Assembly: GCA_965224485.1 (NCBI GenBank)
Contig: CBDCZH010000016.1
Location: 160,001-224,000 of the forward strand
Origin: Arcobacteraceae bacterium
Lineage (GTDB): Bacteria > Campylobacterota > Campylobacteria > Campylobacterales > Arcobacteraceae
DNA length: 64,000 nucleotides
Direction of reading: 5' to 3'
This document shows, piece by piece, positions 10,561 through 21,273 of the stretch. The position numbers and the translations under genes were made by a program. How positions within the stretch are numbered: the stretch's first letter is position 1; each line of letters opens with the position of its first letter. Under the pieces are notes generated by a model. The model saw nothing but the letters and a program-made list of their open reading frames with translations, was not told where the DNA came from and made no database searches.

Positions 10561-11478
10561 ATGAACTACACCTCAATATTACAAGAAATACAAAAAGAGA
10601 TTGAACCTTTATTTAATAAAGGTAAAGTTGCAAATTATATTCCAGCTTTAAAAGATGTAGATCCCAAACAATTTGCTATGAGCTTGAACTTATTTGATGG
10701 AAGCTCATATCATATAGGTTCATCTAATACAAAATTTTCAATTCAAAGTATTTCAAAAGTTTTTACCTTTACTCTAGCACTTCATTTATATGGTAAACAA
10801 CTCTATAAAAATGTAGGGCATGAACCCTCAGGTGACCCTTTTAACTCCCTTGTACAATTAGAGTATGAAAATGGAATTCCTAGAAATCCTTTTATCAACG
10901 CAGGAGCTTTAGTTACAACAGATTTATTAATTAATACCTATAAAGATGGAACTTTTGACAAAATACTTAGTTTTATACAAGATATTTCTAATAATAAAAG
11001 TATTACTTATGATAAAGACGTAGCTATTTGTGAAGAGCAAACAGGATATATGAACTTTGCTTTATTAAATATGATGAAAAGTTATAAAAATATCTCAAAC
11101 GATATTTTAGAAGTTGCCAAAACTTACTTTAAACACTGTTCAATTTCAATGAGTACGCAAGAGCTAAGTTCTGCCATGTTATTTTTAGCAAATCATGGAA
11201 CAGATCCTATTACAAAAAAAGAGTTTATAACCCAGTCTCAAGCAAAAAGAATAAACTCTTTAATGTTAACGTGTGGTCATTATGATGCCTCTGGTGATTT
11301 TGCCTTTAAAGTAGGATTACCAGGAAAAAGTGGAGTAGGAGGAGGAATTGTTGCAATTATTCCAAATCTTATGTCAATTTGTGTTTACAGCCCACAACTA
11401 AATAAAAATGGAAACTCCTTAATTGGAACAAGAGCTTTAGAGTTATTTACTACAAAAACAGGTTTATCTATTTTCTAG
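10561..11478 (+). CDS. glsA: Glutaminase
   Basis: QSISKV, NPFINAGA, PGKSGVGGG. Confidence 0.97.
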   Translation: MNYTSILQEIQKEIEPLFNKGKVANYIPALKDVDPKQFAMSLNLFDGSSYHIGSSNTKFSIQSISKVFTFTLALHLYGKQLYKNVGHEPSGDPFNSLVQLEYENGIPRNPFINAGALVTTDLLINTYKDGTFDKILSFIQDISNNKSITYDKDVAICEEQTGYMNFALLNMMKSYKNISNDILEVAKTYFKHCSISMSTQELSSAMLFLANHGTDPITKKEFITQSQAKRINSLMLTCGHYDASGDFAFKVGLPGKSGVGGGIVAIIPNLMSICVYSPQLNKNGNSLIGTRALELFTTKTGLSIF

Positions 11479-11563
11479 TTTTTATATATTCTTCAAATCT
11501 AAAAATATATTTTAAGTAATTTTGAAATTTGTTTAGATTATAATTCGTTAAAAAAGGTCTTCA

Positions 11564-12172
11564 ATGAGTGCATTAGAAATAACAGATATTATTGGCATTA
11601 TCTCTTTTGCTCTTTCTGGTTTTTTAATAGCAGTTCATCATAAACTTGATATCTTAGGAATTATAATAACTGCTTTTTTAACAGCCCTAGGGGGAGGATT
11701 AATAAGAGATATAATTGCAAATAAAGCACCTTTTATTTTTACTCACTACTTACCCGTAGCTCTTGTTTTAATAAGTGTTCTAATTGCAATTTTATTTAAA
11801 CTTCATAAAATCACAGATTTAGAAGGAAAAACAACTTTTGTGGTGACTGATACTATTGGTTTAGTTTCTTTTTCAATTTCAGGAGCTATTTTAGCCTTAG
11901 ATGTTGGGTTTAATTTTGTAGGAGTCTTACTTCTTTCAATGATAACAGCAATTGGAGGAGGAACACTAAGAGATCTAATGGTAAATAGAGTTCCTGCTTT
12001 TTTAACCAGTGATTTTTATGCTAGTACTGCTTTAATAATTGCAAGTATAATAGCCGCCTTAGATTATACAAACCAAATTTCGTTCTTAAGTTTACTAACA
12101 ACTTTTGCCTTTGGTTTCTTTCTAAGACTAACGGCACATTATAGAAAATGGAAACTCCCTAAACTAAGCTAA
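11564..12172 (+). CDS. TRIC/YadS-family membrane protein (glycine transporter domain family)
   Basis: Duplicated TAxGGG..RD motifs. Confidence 0.9.
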   Translation: MSALEITDIIGIISFALSGFLIAVHHKLDILGIIITAFLTALGGGLIRDIIANKAPFIFTHYLPVALVLISVLIAILFKLHKITDLEGKTTFVVTDTIGLVSFSISGAILALDVGFNFVGVLLLSMITAIGGGTLRDLMVNRVPAFLTSDFYASTALIIASIIAALDYTNQISFLSLLTTFAFGFFLRLTAHYRKWKLPKLS

Positions 12173-12206
12173 GTTCTAAGAATAACCATCAACCATTAAC
12201 CATAAA

Positions 12207-13574
12207 CTAATGACTAGCAACTAAATCAAGTATAGACTCACTTAAAGTTGGGTGGGCAAAAATCATTTTTTCTAAATCTTTTAAATTTAGATCTGCATTT
12301 ATACTTATTAAAAATTGATGAATTAACTCAGTAGCTTCATTTCCAATTATTGAAGCTCCTAAAATTTTACCTGTATTTGCCTCATGTAAAATTTTAATAA
12401 AACCAGCATCATCACCTTTTATTTTTGCTTTTACATTTGTTTTGAAAAATATTTTTTTTACTTTAAAATCAACTTCACTCTCTTTTAATGCTTTTTCGCT
12501 TTGCCCAATACTAGCAATTTGGGGAGTACAAAATGTAACAGAAGGGAAAATTGCATCTTTTTTCATAACATCTTCTTCTAAGATTATACTTGCAACTCTT
12601 TTTGCTTCATAATAAGCCATATGAGCTAAAGCAGGTGTAGCAATAACATCTCCAATTGCATAAACATTTTCATTACTTACACTTTGCAAGTTATCATTAA
12701 CTTCTACAAATCCTCTATCTAGTTTAATATTCGCATTTTTAGCTTCAAGATCAGACGTATTTGGGTTTCTTCCAATAGAAATAAGAATTTTATCATATGA
12801 TTTAACTTCTTGTTTCTTACCTAGGTCTAAAGTAACTTCTACTTCATTTTCTTTTATTTCATATGAGGTAACATTAGCTTTTAAATATACTTTGATTCCA
12901 GTTCTTGTAAGTTCTCTATTTAAAGTTTTTGAAACATCTTCATCTTCAATAGGAACTAAAGAGGCTGTAAACTCTGCAATTTCTACTTTTACACCTAAAG
13001 AAGAGAAAAATGAAGCAAACTCACAACCAATAGCCCCACCACCTACAACTAAAATAGATTTAGGAAGTTCATTTAAAGTAAAAACTTCTTTACTTGAAAT
13101 AATTTTATCTTCACATAAGTTCATTAAAGGATGTTCTCTATGAATAGATCCACTTGCTATTATAAATTTTTTAGCACTTAGAACTTCATTATCGTCACCT
13201 TTTAATTTAATAGAAGTTTCATTTACAAAAGAAGCAGTTCCATATTTTATATCTACCTTAGCATTTTTAAGTTTTTTTAAAATACCATCTTTCATATCTT
13301 TTATCAAACAAGCAGTATTTTGCTTAAGTGCTTGTATATCAAAAGAGTTTAAAGTAAAATCAACTCCAGTTTTTGCAAAATATGAGGCTTTTTTAACATA
13401 AGTTGATGTTTCTAAAAAATTCTTAGCAGGAACACAACCTTCGTTTAAACAAGTTCCACCAATACGACTCTCATCTTTATCAACTATACAAACATTTTTT
13501 CCAGCCATACCAAGTAAAGAAGCAGCTTCATAACCAGCAGAACCAGCTCCAATTATTATTACATCATAAATCAT
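12207..13574 (-). CDS. lpdA: Dihydrolipoyl dehydrogenase (glycine cleavage L protein)
   Basis: GGTCLNEGCVP, C-terminal HPTLSE. Confidence 0.96.
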   Translation of the reverse strand: MIYDVIIIGAGSAGYEAASLLGMAGKNVCIVDKDESRIGGTCLNEGCVPAKNFLETSTYVKKASYFAKTGVDFTLNSFDIQALKQNTACLIKDMKDGILKKLKNAKVDIKYGTASFVNETSIKLKGDDNEVLSAKKFIIASGSIHREHPLMNLCEDKIISSKEVFTLNELPKSILVVGGGAIGCEFASFFSSLGVKVEIAEFTASLVPIEDEDVSKTLNRELTRTGIKVYLKANVTSYEIKENEVEVTLDLGKKQEVKSYDKILISIGRNPNTSDLEAKNANIKLDRGFVEVNDNLQSVSNENVYAIGDVIATPALAHMAYYEAKRVASIILEEDVMKKDAIFPSVTFCTPQIASIGQSEKALKESEVDFKVKKIFFKTNVKAKIKGDDAGFIKILHEANTGKILGASIIGNEATELIHQFLISINADLNLKDLEKMIFAHPTLSESILDLVASH

Positions 13575-13594
13575 ATTTTTCCTTTGTAAAAATA

Positions 13595-13650
13595 AATGAA
13601 TAATGAATAATTAATCTTACATTATTCATTATTCATTATTAATTATTCAT
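13595..13650. repeat. Inverted heptamer repeats (AATGAAT / ATTATTC)
   Basis: Seen directly between lipA and lpdA. Confidence 0.7.
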
Positions 13651-14513
13651 TATTTTACGTACTCATGTGCCATATATGAGCTTCTTGCATACGGACTTGA
13701 GTGTACATATTCAAAACCCATATCCAAAGCTGTTCTTTTATATAAGGCAAATTGTGCAGGAGTAACATACTCTACAACTTTTTCATATTCACCTGAAGGA
13801 GCTAAGTATTGACCAATACTTAGCAAAGTACAGCCCACGTTTAATAAATCTTTAAATACTTCTACCATTTCATCATGTGTTTCACCAAGTCCAACCATTA
13901 AGGCACTTTTTGTTTTAACATTAGAAGGGCTTAATATTTTTAACTGTCTTAGAACTTCAAGAGAGCGTTTATAAGTTGATGCTTTTCTTACATTATAAAG
14001 TCTTGGAATTGTTTCCACATTATGTCCTAAAACAATAGCTCCACAATCAGATACATTTTTAATAGATGATATTTTTCCCTTAAAATCAGGTACTAAAAGT
14101 TCTACCTTAGCATCAGGAATATTTTTTAAAATATCTTTTGTTACTTTTAAAAACTGTTGAGAACCACCATCATCTAAATCATCTCTAGCAGGAGAGGTTA
14201 TAACAACATATTTTAAATCCAACTTCTTAACAGCAGTTGTAACTTGCTGTATTTCTTTATCATTTACTTCAAAAGGTTTTCCAGTCATTACATTACAATA
14301 AGTACAGCGTCTAGTACAGATATTTCCTAAGATTAAAAAAGTTGCATTTTTATTTGAAAAACACTCAGATATATTAGGACATTTTGCTTCTTGACAAATA
14401 GTATGAATTCCAACATCATTTAAAAGTTGATCCATCTGTTTTTGAGCAGAAAATGATATTTTTTTTCTTAACCACTCAGGTTTTCTTTGCATCTGTTTAC
14501 TTTTTACTGTCAT
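13650..14513 (-). CDS. lipA: Lipoyl synthase
   Basis: CQEAKCPNISEC, CTRRCTYC, RSSY. Confidence 0.98.
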   Translation of the reverse strand: MTVKSKQMQRKPEWLRKKISFSAQKQMDQLLNDVGIHTICQEAKCPNISECFSNKNATFLILGNICTRRCTYCNVMTGKPFEVNDKEIQQVTTAVKKLDLKYVVITSPARDDLDDGGSQQFLKVTKDILKNIPDAKVELLVPDFKGKISSIKNVSDCGAIVLGHNVETIPRLYNVRKASTYKRSLEVLRQLKILSPSNVKTKSALMVGLGETHDEMVEVFKDLLNVGCTLLSIGQYLAPSGEYEKVVEYVTPAQFALYKRTALDMGFEYVHSSPYARSSYMAHEYVK

Positions 14514-14593
14514 TATTTCTCCTTAAATAAAAAGCAAAAAGAATAAGATTTTTCTTAAACTTTTCACTTTTAGTTTTTAACTTTTAACTTAAA

Positions 14594-16042
14594 TTAGTGT
14601 TGTGATCTTATATTTAACTCTTTTATAGCTCTTGTATCATCAGGTCTACAAACACCTAATGTTTTAGGATAAGATTTAAATGCTTCTGGATCTTTTTGTG
14701 CTAATTTAACAGCTTCAATCATACGATCACAAAAAATATCAATTGTTTCTTTATTTTCTGTTTCAGTAGGTTCTATCATAATCGCTTCTTTTACAATTAG
14801 AGGAAAATAAACAGTAGGAGCATGCATTCCAAAATCTAATAAATATTTTGCAATATCCATAGCAGTAACACCATTTTTTGCTAGGGTTTTAGCAGATAAA
14901 ACACACTCATGCATACATAAAGCATCAAAAGGAACATCAAAATAGTCTCTTAATCTAACTCTTATATAGTTTGCATTTAGTACAGCTTTTGTAGATGCAT
15001 TTAACATTCCATTAGCCCCTAATGTTGTCATATATGTAATAGCTCTTAAAGATATTCCATAGTTTCCAAAGAAAGGAGATATTTTACCAATGCTTTGTTC
15101 TGTTCCATTTGTAATTTCATATTTATCATTTACTTTTTTAATTCCTAAATCAGGTAAAAAAGGTTTAAGTTTTTCATTTACTCCAACAGGACCGCTCCCT
15201 GGACCGCCACCACCATGAGGTGTTGCAAATGTTTTATGAACATTAATATGAATAACATCAAAACCAATTTCACCTGGTTTTGCAACTCCCATAATAGCAT
15301 TCATATTTGCACCATCATAATACATCATTGCATCGTATGAATGTGCTAAAGCACAAATATCTTTGATTTTTTTATTATACATTCCAAGAGTATTTGGAAC
15401 AGTTAACATAACAGCAGCTACTTCATCGCTCATTTTTGCTTTAAACTCCTCAAAGTCCATAGCTCCGTTTTCATCTGATTTAATAGTAATTACTTCATAT
15501 CCAACCATAGCAGCAGTTGCAGGATTTGTACCATGTGAGCTATCAGGAACAATAACATATTTTCTTTTATTCCCTTTGCTTTTGTGATAGGCATCAATCA
15601 TCATAATACCTAACATTTCTCCATGAGCTCCTGCTTGTGGAGTTGTTGTAAATGCTTTCATTCCAGTTACTTCACATAAAGTTTTCTCTAACATATCAAT
15701 AGTTTCTAGAGCACCTTGAACATCATTAGTCATCTTATTTGTAATTAAATGAGGATGAATATTTAAAAAACCATCAAGATTAGCAATTCTTTCAACAATT
15801 TTAGGATTATACTTCATAGTACAAGAACCCAAGGGATAAAAGTTTTTATCAATTGACATATTTTTGCTAGATAGATTTGTATAATGTCTTATTACATCAA
15901 ACTCACTAAGTTGTGGAAGTTTTGCTCTATTTTTTCTTTTTAAAGAAGAGTCAATTTCACACTTAGGTACATCAAAAGCAGGTAATTTTATACCAACTCT
16001 TCCTTCTTGTGATTTGTCAAAAATAGTTACACTTAAACTCAT
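14594..16042 (-). CDS. gcvPB: Glycine dehydrogenase subunit 2
   Basis: YPLGSCTMKYNP, HKTFATPHGGGGPG. Confidence 0.98.
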   Translation of the reverse strand: MSLSVTIFDKSQEGRVGIKLPAFDVPKCEIDSSLKRKNRAKLPQLSEFDVIRHYTNLSSKNMSIDKNFYPLGSCTMKYNPKIVERIANLDGFLNIHPHLITNKMTNDVQGALETIDMLEKTLCEVTGMKAFTTTPQAGAHGEMLGIMMIDAYHKSKGNKRKYVIVPDSSHGTNPATAAMVGYEVITIKSDENGAMDFEEFKAKMSDEVAAVMLTVPNTLGMYNKKIKDICALAHSYDAMMYYDGANMNAIMGVAKPGEIGFDVIHINVHKTFATPHGGGGPGSGPVGVNEKLKPFLPDLGIKKVNDKYEITNGTEQSIGKISPFFGNYGISLRAITYMTTLGANGMLNASTKAVLNANYIRVRLRDYFDVPFDALCMHECVLSAKTLAKNGVTAMDIAKYLLDFGMHAPTVYFPLIVKEAIMIEPTETENKETIDIFCDRMIEAVKLAQKDPEAFKSYPKTLGVCRPDDTRAIKELNIRSQH

Positions 16043-17370
16043 AATATTTCTCCTACAGCAGTAATTAAAGCATCTAATTCATCTTTACTTCTTTTCTCAG
16101 TTACAGATATTAAAACTTTGTTTTGTGAGTTTTCATATAAATTCCCTAAGTTAATTCCAGCATAAAAACCTTTAGCACTTAACTTATCTAAAAATACTGT
16201 AGCACTTAAAGGTGTTTTAATTACAAACTCGTTAAATGTAGCACCCTTATTACAAAGTTCTAAAGAAGAAATCTTACTTAAACCTTCTTTTAAATATTCA
16301 CTTTTGCTAAAACATAAATTACTCATATTAACTAATCCATCACGTCCTAATAAAGACATAAAAATAGTAGAACGTAAAGCAAGTAAATTTTGGTTTGAAC
16401 ATATATTTGAAGTAGCTCTTTGTCTTCTAATATGTTGTTCTCTTGCTTGCATAGTTAATACAAACATTTCTTTACCATCTTTATCTAAAGTTTTACCAAT
16501 AATTCTTCCAGGTAGGTTTCTAATATCTTTTGAACGAGTAGCTATCATTCCAAAAGAAGGACCGCCAAAATTTAAATAGTTTCCTAAACATTGTCCATCT
16601 GCACAAACAATATCAACACCTAAACTTCCAGGGTCTTTTATCATTCCTAGTGCAATTGGATAAGCTGACATAACGGCTAATGCTTTATGTTCATGTAGTT
16701 TTTCAATAATTGAAGTAAAGTCTTGAACTGTTCCAAAAAAGTTAGGATTTTGAAATAAATAAGCAGCAACACTTTTATCAATTTTTTCTTCAACTTTTTT
16801 AAAATCACTTAAATCATCATCCATATTGATAACTTCAACTTCAATATCTCTAAAGCTAAGATAAGTTTTTACTACTTTTATATATGTAGCATTAACTCCA
16901 GAATCAATTAATACTTTATTTCTTCTTGTGATTCTAACTGCCATTAAAGCAGACTCAGCTAATGCTGTTGCTCCATCATACATAGACGCATTTGACACAT
17001 CCATTCCAGTTAGTTCACAGATTAAACTTTGGTATTCATATAAACTTTGTAATGTTCCTTGAGATGCTTCTGCTTGGTAGGGAGTATAAGCTGTATAAAA
17101 TTCACTTCTTCCTGCAAGTGCATCTACTGCTGAGGGAACTATATGGTCATAATAACCCCCACCTAAAAAGATAGTTTTATTTGTTACATTTTTCTTAGCA
17201 AGTGCATTAAACTTTGAAAAAGTAGTAAACTCATCTAAACCATCTTCTAAATCAAGATGTTCTACTTTTAAATCAGATGGAACTGAGCTAAATAAATCAT
17301 CTTCTTTATCTAAACCTATAACATCTAACATCTCTTTGATATCAGATTTTGTATGTGGAGTATATGGCAT
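16039..17370 (-). CDS. gcvPA: Glycine dehydrogenase subunit 1
   Basis: YTAYTPYQAE, REQHIRR..ATSNICSNQ. Confidence 0.98.
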   Translation of the reverse strand: MPYTPHTKSDIKEMLDVIGLDKEDDLFSSVPSDLKVEHLDLEDGLDEFTTFSKFNALAKKNVTNKTIFLGGGYYDHIVPSAVDALAGRSEFYTAYTPYQAEASQGTLQSLYEYQSLICELTGMDVSNASMYDGATALAESALMAVRITRRNKVLIDSGVNATYIKVVKTYLSFRDIEVEVINMDDDLSDFKKVEEKIDKSVAAYLFQNPNFFGTVQDFTSIIEKLHEHKALAVMSAYPIALGMIKDPGSLGVDIVCADGQCLGNYLNFGGPSFGMIATRSKDIRNLPGRIIGKTLDKDGKEMFVLTMQAREQHIRRQRATSNICSNQNLLALRSTIFMSLLGRDGLVNMSNLCFSKSEYLKEGLSKISSLELCNKGATFNEFVIKTPLSATVFLDKLSAKGFYAGINLGNLYENSQNKVLISVTEKRSKDELDALITAVGEIL

Positions 17371-17379
17371 ATATTTTCC

Positions 17380-17745
17380 TTATAAAGTATTTATATAAAC
17401 TGCGTATTCGTCACCTGACATAAGCGAATTAAGTTCATCTTCATTAGATAACTTAATTTTAAAAATCCAATTACCTTCTGCATCTTTGTTTAATAATTCA
17501 GGCACATCTAATAACTCTTCATTAATCTCAACAACTTCACCTGAAACTGGTGAATAAATATCAGAAGCTGCTTTAACAGATTCAATAAAAGCAATACTTG
17601 CAGACATTTCTACTTCTGATTCAAGTTCAGGAAGTTCTAAAAATGTAATATCACCTAATTGCTCAACTGCATATCTCGAGATTCCAATTGACGCAATTCC
17701 GTCATTAACTTCTACCCACTCATGTTCTTCATTAAATTTTTTCAT
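17380..17745 (-). CDS. gcvH: Glycine cleavage system H protein
   Basis: HEW, ESVKAASD lipoyl-lysine motif. Confidence 0.98.
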   Translation of the reverse strand: MKKFNEEHEWVEVNDGIASIGISRYAVEQLGDITFLELPELESEVEMSASIAFIESVKAASDIYSPVSGEVVEINEELLDVPELLNKDAEGNWIFKIKLSNEDELNSLMSGDEYAVYINTL

Positions 17746-17791
17746 TTTTTCTCCTAGTTTTGTTTTTTATATTTAAAATCTTTTACTATAT

Positions 17792-18865
17792 TTATTTCTT
17801 TTTTATAAAAGGTAAAGAAGCTTTATTTGCTTCAATACTTCCTCTTTTATCTCTTAACTCAAAAGAAGAACTTTCATCAAAAACAGCTGTATCAAGCATA
17901 GCTAAACCAATACCTACATTTAGTGTTGGTGAAAATGCAGCAGAAGTTACAAAACCAATCTCTAAGTCATTTTGAAAAACTTTAAAATCTTTTCTAGCAG
18001 ATCTTCTTGAAGTTGTTTTAAAAGGAATAATAATTCTATTTACACCTTCTTCTTTTTGTTTTTTTAAAGCAGAACAACCAATATAATCTCTTTTAACATT
18101 TATAAACATTCCTAAGTTTGCTTCAATTGGTGATATTGTTTCGCTTAAATCATTTCCATAAAGTGAATAACCCATTTCTAATCTAAGAGCATCTCTTGCA
18201 CCTAAACCAGCTGGTTTAGCACCATCTTTTAATAAAGCTTCCCATAATTTAACAGAAGTAGAAGCATCAATATAAAGTTCAAAGCCTAGTTCACCTGTAT
18301 AACCAGTTCTTGATAATAAACAATATTCACCAAATACTTTAGTTTCTATAAATGAAAAGAATTTTAATTCATCTAAATTAATGTCAAAATATTTTTCTAA
18401 GATTTTTTTAGAATTAGGACCTTGAACATCAAGTTTAGCAAACTCTAAAGATCTATCATCTAAAGTTCCTACTTTGATTCTTGAGCTTAGAGTTTTAAAA
18501 TCAACTCCGCTTCTTGAAGCATTTACAACTATCATAAGTTCATCAGCAGCTAATTTGTAAACAATTAGATCATCAATAACTCCACCATCTTCATTTAATA
18601 AAAAACCATATTTACATTTATTAATAGGTAAAATATCAATATCAATAGAAACAGCTTTACTTATTTCACTTCTAGCAATATCTCCTTTGAAAAAAAACTC
18701 TCCCATATGAGAAGTATCAAATAAAGCAACATCATTTCTACAATAACCATGCTCAGCAATAATACCATCAAACTGTATAGGCATATTCCAACCGCAAAAA
18801 GGTACCATTCTTGCATTTAGTTCTTTTTGTTGTTCAAACAGTGGCGTTTTTAAAAGCTCTTCCAT
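17792..18865 (-). CDS. gcvT: Glycine cleavage aminomethyltransferase T
   Basis: FDTSHMG, RTGYTGE, GLGARDALRLE. Confidence 0.98.
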   Translation of the reverse strand: MEELLKTPLFEQQKELNARMVPFCGWNMPIQFDGIIAEHGYCRNDVALFDTSHMGEFFFKGDIARSEISKAVSIDIDILPINKCKYGFLLNEDGGVIDDLIVYKLAADELMIVVNASRSGVDFKTLSSRIKVGTLDDRSLEFAKLDVQGPNSKKILEKYFDINLDELKFFSFIETKVFGEYCLLSRTGYTGELGFELYIDASTSVKLWEALLKDGAKPAGLGARDALRLEMGYSLYGNDLSETISPIEANLGMFINVKRDYIGCSALKKQKEEGVNRIIIPFKTTSRRSARKDFKVFQNDLEIGFVTSAAFSPTLNVGIGLAMLDTAVFDESSSFELRDKRGSIEANKASLPFIKKK

Positions 18866-19013
18866 TATTATCCTTTAAAAAATTTATATATAATTATTAT
18901 AAATAAGAAAAGAGGAACAAAAGTATCAAAAAAGTCTAATTTAATATCTTATTATAGTTTAATTGGAAATTATTTATTTATTTAGAGAATATAATATATC
19001 AATATTTGATATA

Positions 19014-19700
19014 TTAATTATAGTAATTGAGCTTATAACCTGCTGCATATATATTTTCAATACTATTTTTAGGGAGTTTCTTTCTAAGTCTTTTTATAAT
19101 ATCTTTTACCTTAGTTGTACTGCTATCATACTCATCTAAGTCATCCCATAAGTATAAAGTTATTTCATCAAGAGTAAAAACCCTATTATCTTTTGAAGCT
19201 AATAAATCAAGTAATAATATTTCATGTTTGGTAAGTTTTATTTCATCATTTTTATTAAAAAGTTTATGTGAGTTTTTATTCCAAGTAAAATCATTAGTTA
19301 AGATAATAGAATCTAATTCCCCATTTAACTCTTTTAACTGAAATACTGCCTCATTTAGAGCCTCTTTAAGTTCAGATCTTGATATAGGTTTAGGTAGGTA
19401 TTTTGTTAAATTAAGCTCTGCTGCAAAAAGTAATTTGTCTTGTTCTAAGTGCGCTGTTAGAATTATAATTCTACTTATTTTATCATTTTCTCTTATGATT
19501 TTACTAAGTTGCAAACCATTTATTTTTGGCATATTTATATCCAAAAGTAAAATATCTGGTTTATGTTTTTTATAAAGAGCTAGAGCAATTTCCCCATTAC
19601 AAGCTTGGTAAACTTCTTTAAAATGTCTTTTTAGATAATTGCTATAATTTTCTCTTGTTTGGTCTTCATCTTCTGCATAAAGTATTGTAGAATTATTCAT
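19014..19700 (-). CDS. OmpR-family response regulator
   Basis: Receiver domain (AEDE, LDINMP, KP) plus winged helix. Confidence 0.95.
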   Translation of the reverse strand: MNNSTILYAEDEDQTRENYSNYLKRHFKEVYQACNGEIALALYKKHKPDILLLDINMPKINGLQLSKIIRENDKISRIIILTAHLEQDKLLFAAELNLTKYLPKPISRSELKEALNEAVFQLKELNGELDSIILTNDFTWNKNSHKLFNKNDEIKLTKHEILLLDLLASKDNRVFTLDEITLYLWDDLDEYDSSTTKVKDIIKRLRKKLPKNSIENIYAAGYKLNYYN

Positions 19701-19702
19701 TT

Positions 19703-20584
19703 TTAAGATCCTTTTACTTCAAGTTCTTTATTTAAAACTATAGAAAAATTTGCCCCATTTTCTTTATTTGTTACACTTAAAACACCATGCATTGATTTTT
19801 CAACTATCATCTTTGCCATACATAAACCGTGACCAGTTCCTTGGGAGTGTGGTTTAGTAGTAAAATAAGGGTCAAAAATTTTATCAAAATGGTTTTCTTT
19901 AATTCCACCTGCATTATCACTAATTTCTATACAAGCCTTATAATCTTTTACATAAATATTTATAAATATTTTTCTTTTTTTAATATCACGTTCATCTAAA
20001 ACATCTTTTGCATTATTTAAAATAACCAATAAGGCTTGGATAAACTCATTTTTAACACCTTTTATTAAAGAATCTTCTTTAATACTAAGTTTTGAAACTA
20101 TTTTTTTTGATTCTAATAATTTATATACTAATTCGTATGCATTATCAAAAGCTTCTTTTATTGAAAAAATTTCTTTTTTATCATTTGGTTGTAAATATGT
20201 GTTAAAAGAAGTAATAGTATCAGACATATAAAAAGTTAGTTTTTCTATCTCATTTAAATGCTCTTCTAAAAGTTTTTTATTTAGTTTATTTTCATCAAAA
20301 TCTTCTTCTATATTTAAAACAACAGAATTTATTTGATTTAAAGGCTGTTTCCACTGATGAGCTATATGAGCTAAAGTCTCACCAACAGCTGCTAATTTTG
20401 ATTGAGCAATTAATAACTCATCTTTTTGTCTTAATAAAAGTAGCTGCTTTTTAACTTCTTTTTCTAGTTTTTCACTATAATTTTCATTCGCTTTTTTATA
20501 TGAAAAAATATACAAACTAAAAATTATAATACTTAAAGAAATTAAATAAATATAATATTGGTTTTTTATAAAAAGCTCTAACAT
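19703..20584 (-). CDS. Histidine kinase with one TM helix and no obvious sensor domain
   Basis: IAHQWKQPL H-box, DNAGG, FTTK..GTGHGL. Confidence 0.93.
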   Translation of the reverse strand: MLELFIKNQYYIYLISLSIIIFSLYIFSYKKANENYSEKLEKEVKKQLLLLRQKDELLIAQSKLAAVGETLAHIAHQWKQPLNQINSVVLNIEEDFDENKLNKKLLEEHLNEIEKLTFYMSDTITSFNTYLQPNDKKEIFSIKEAFDNAYELVYKLLESKKIVSKLSIKEDSLIKGVKNEFIQALLVILNNAKDVLDERDIKKRKIFINIYVKDYKACIEISDNAGGIKENHFDKIFDPYFTTKPHSQGTGHGLCMAKMIVEKSMHGVLSVTNKENGANFSIVLNKELEVKGS

Positions 20585-20588
20585 AAAA

Positions 20589-21194
20589 CTATTTACTTAA
20601 ACCCACAAAAGCTTCAACTATAGCTTCTATTTCTAAGTTTTTTACTCTAGTTTCAACTGAATCAATACTTTCATTCTCATGAACTTCTATTTTTTTTTGT
20701 AAAATATACTCACCTTCATCATAGTTTTCATTTACAAAATGAATAGTAGCTCCTGTTTGTTTTTCTTTATTTTTTACAACAGCTTCATGTACAAATCGTC
20801 CATACATTCCTACTCCTCCAAACTTAGGTAAAAGTGCTGGATGAGAATTTATAATTTTATTTGGAAAAGTTTTTAAAAGTTTTTTTTCTATTTTTTTCAT
20901 AAAACCAGATAAAAAAACATAATCACAGCCATAATTTATCAAAATACTAGTAATTTGCTCATCTAAATCAATATTAGGGAAAACTTTTTTATTTACTAAA
21001 AAATTAGGAATATTTCTCTTTTGTGCATTTTTTAAAACATTTGCATCACTGTTATTTGAAATAACTACAACAATTTGTCCATCTAAAACTTTATTATTAA
21101 TTGCCTCATATAAAGCATCAAAACCACTTCCATTATATGAAGAAAGAACACCTATTTTTATCATTTTTACCCTTTTTAGTAAAATATTATACAC
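20589..21194 (-). CDS. purN: Phosphoribosylglycinamide formyltransferase
   Basis: NSHPALLPKFGG, GATIHFV...DEG; the second Met is the more likely start. Confidence 0.92.
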   Translation of the reverse strand: MYNILLKRVKMIKIGVLSSYNGSGFDALYEAINNKVLDGQIVVVISNNSDANVLKNAQKRNIPNFLVNKKVFPNIDLDEQITSILINYGCDYVFLSGFMKKIEKKLLKTFPNKIINSHPALLPKFGGVGMYGRFVHEAVVKNKEKQTGATIHFVNENYDEGEYILQKKIEVHENESIDSVETRVKNLEIEAIVEAFVGLSK

Positions 21195-21273
21195 TTTTTA
21201 CAATTTATTTACGTTTATGATTTATAGCTCTTATGTTATAATCACCTTAATTAAAAACAAGGTTTATTTAAAG

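Noticed and set aside
18866..19013. Glycine riboswitch before gcvT
   Set aside because: AT-rich spacer lacking the aptamer's conserved GGAGA/CCGAAG/CTCTCAGG elements.
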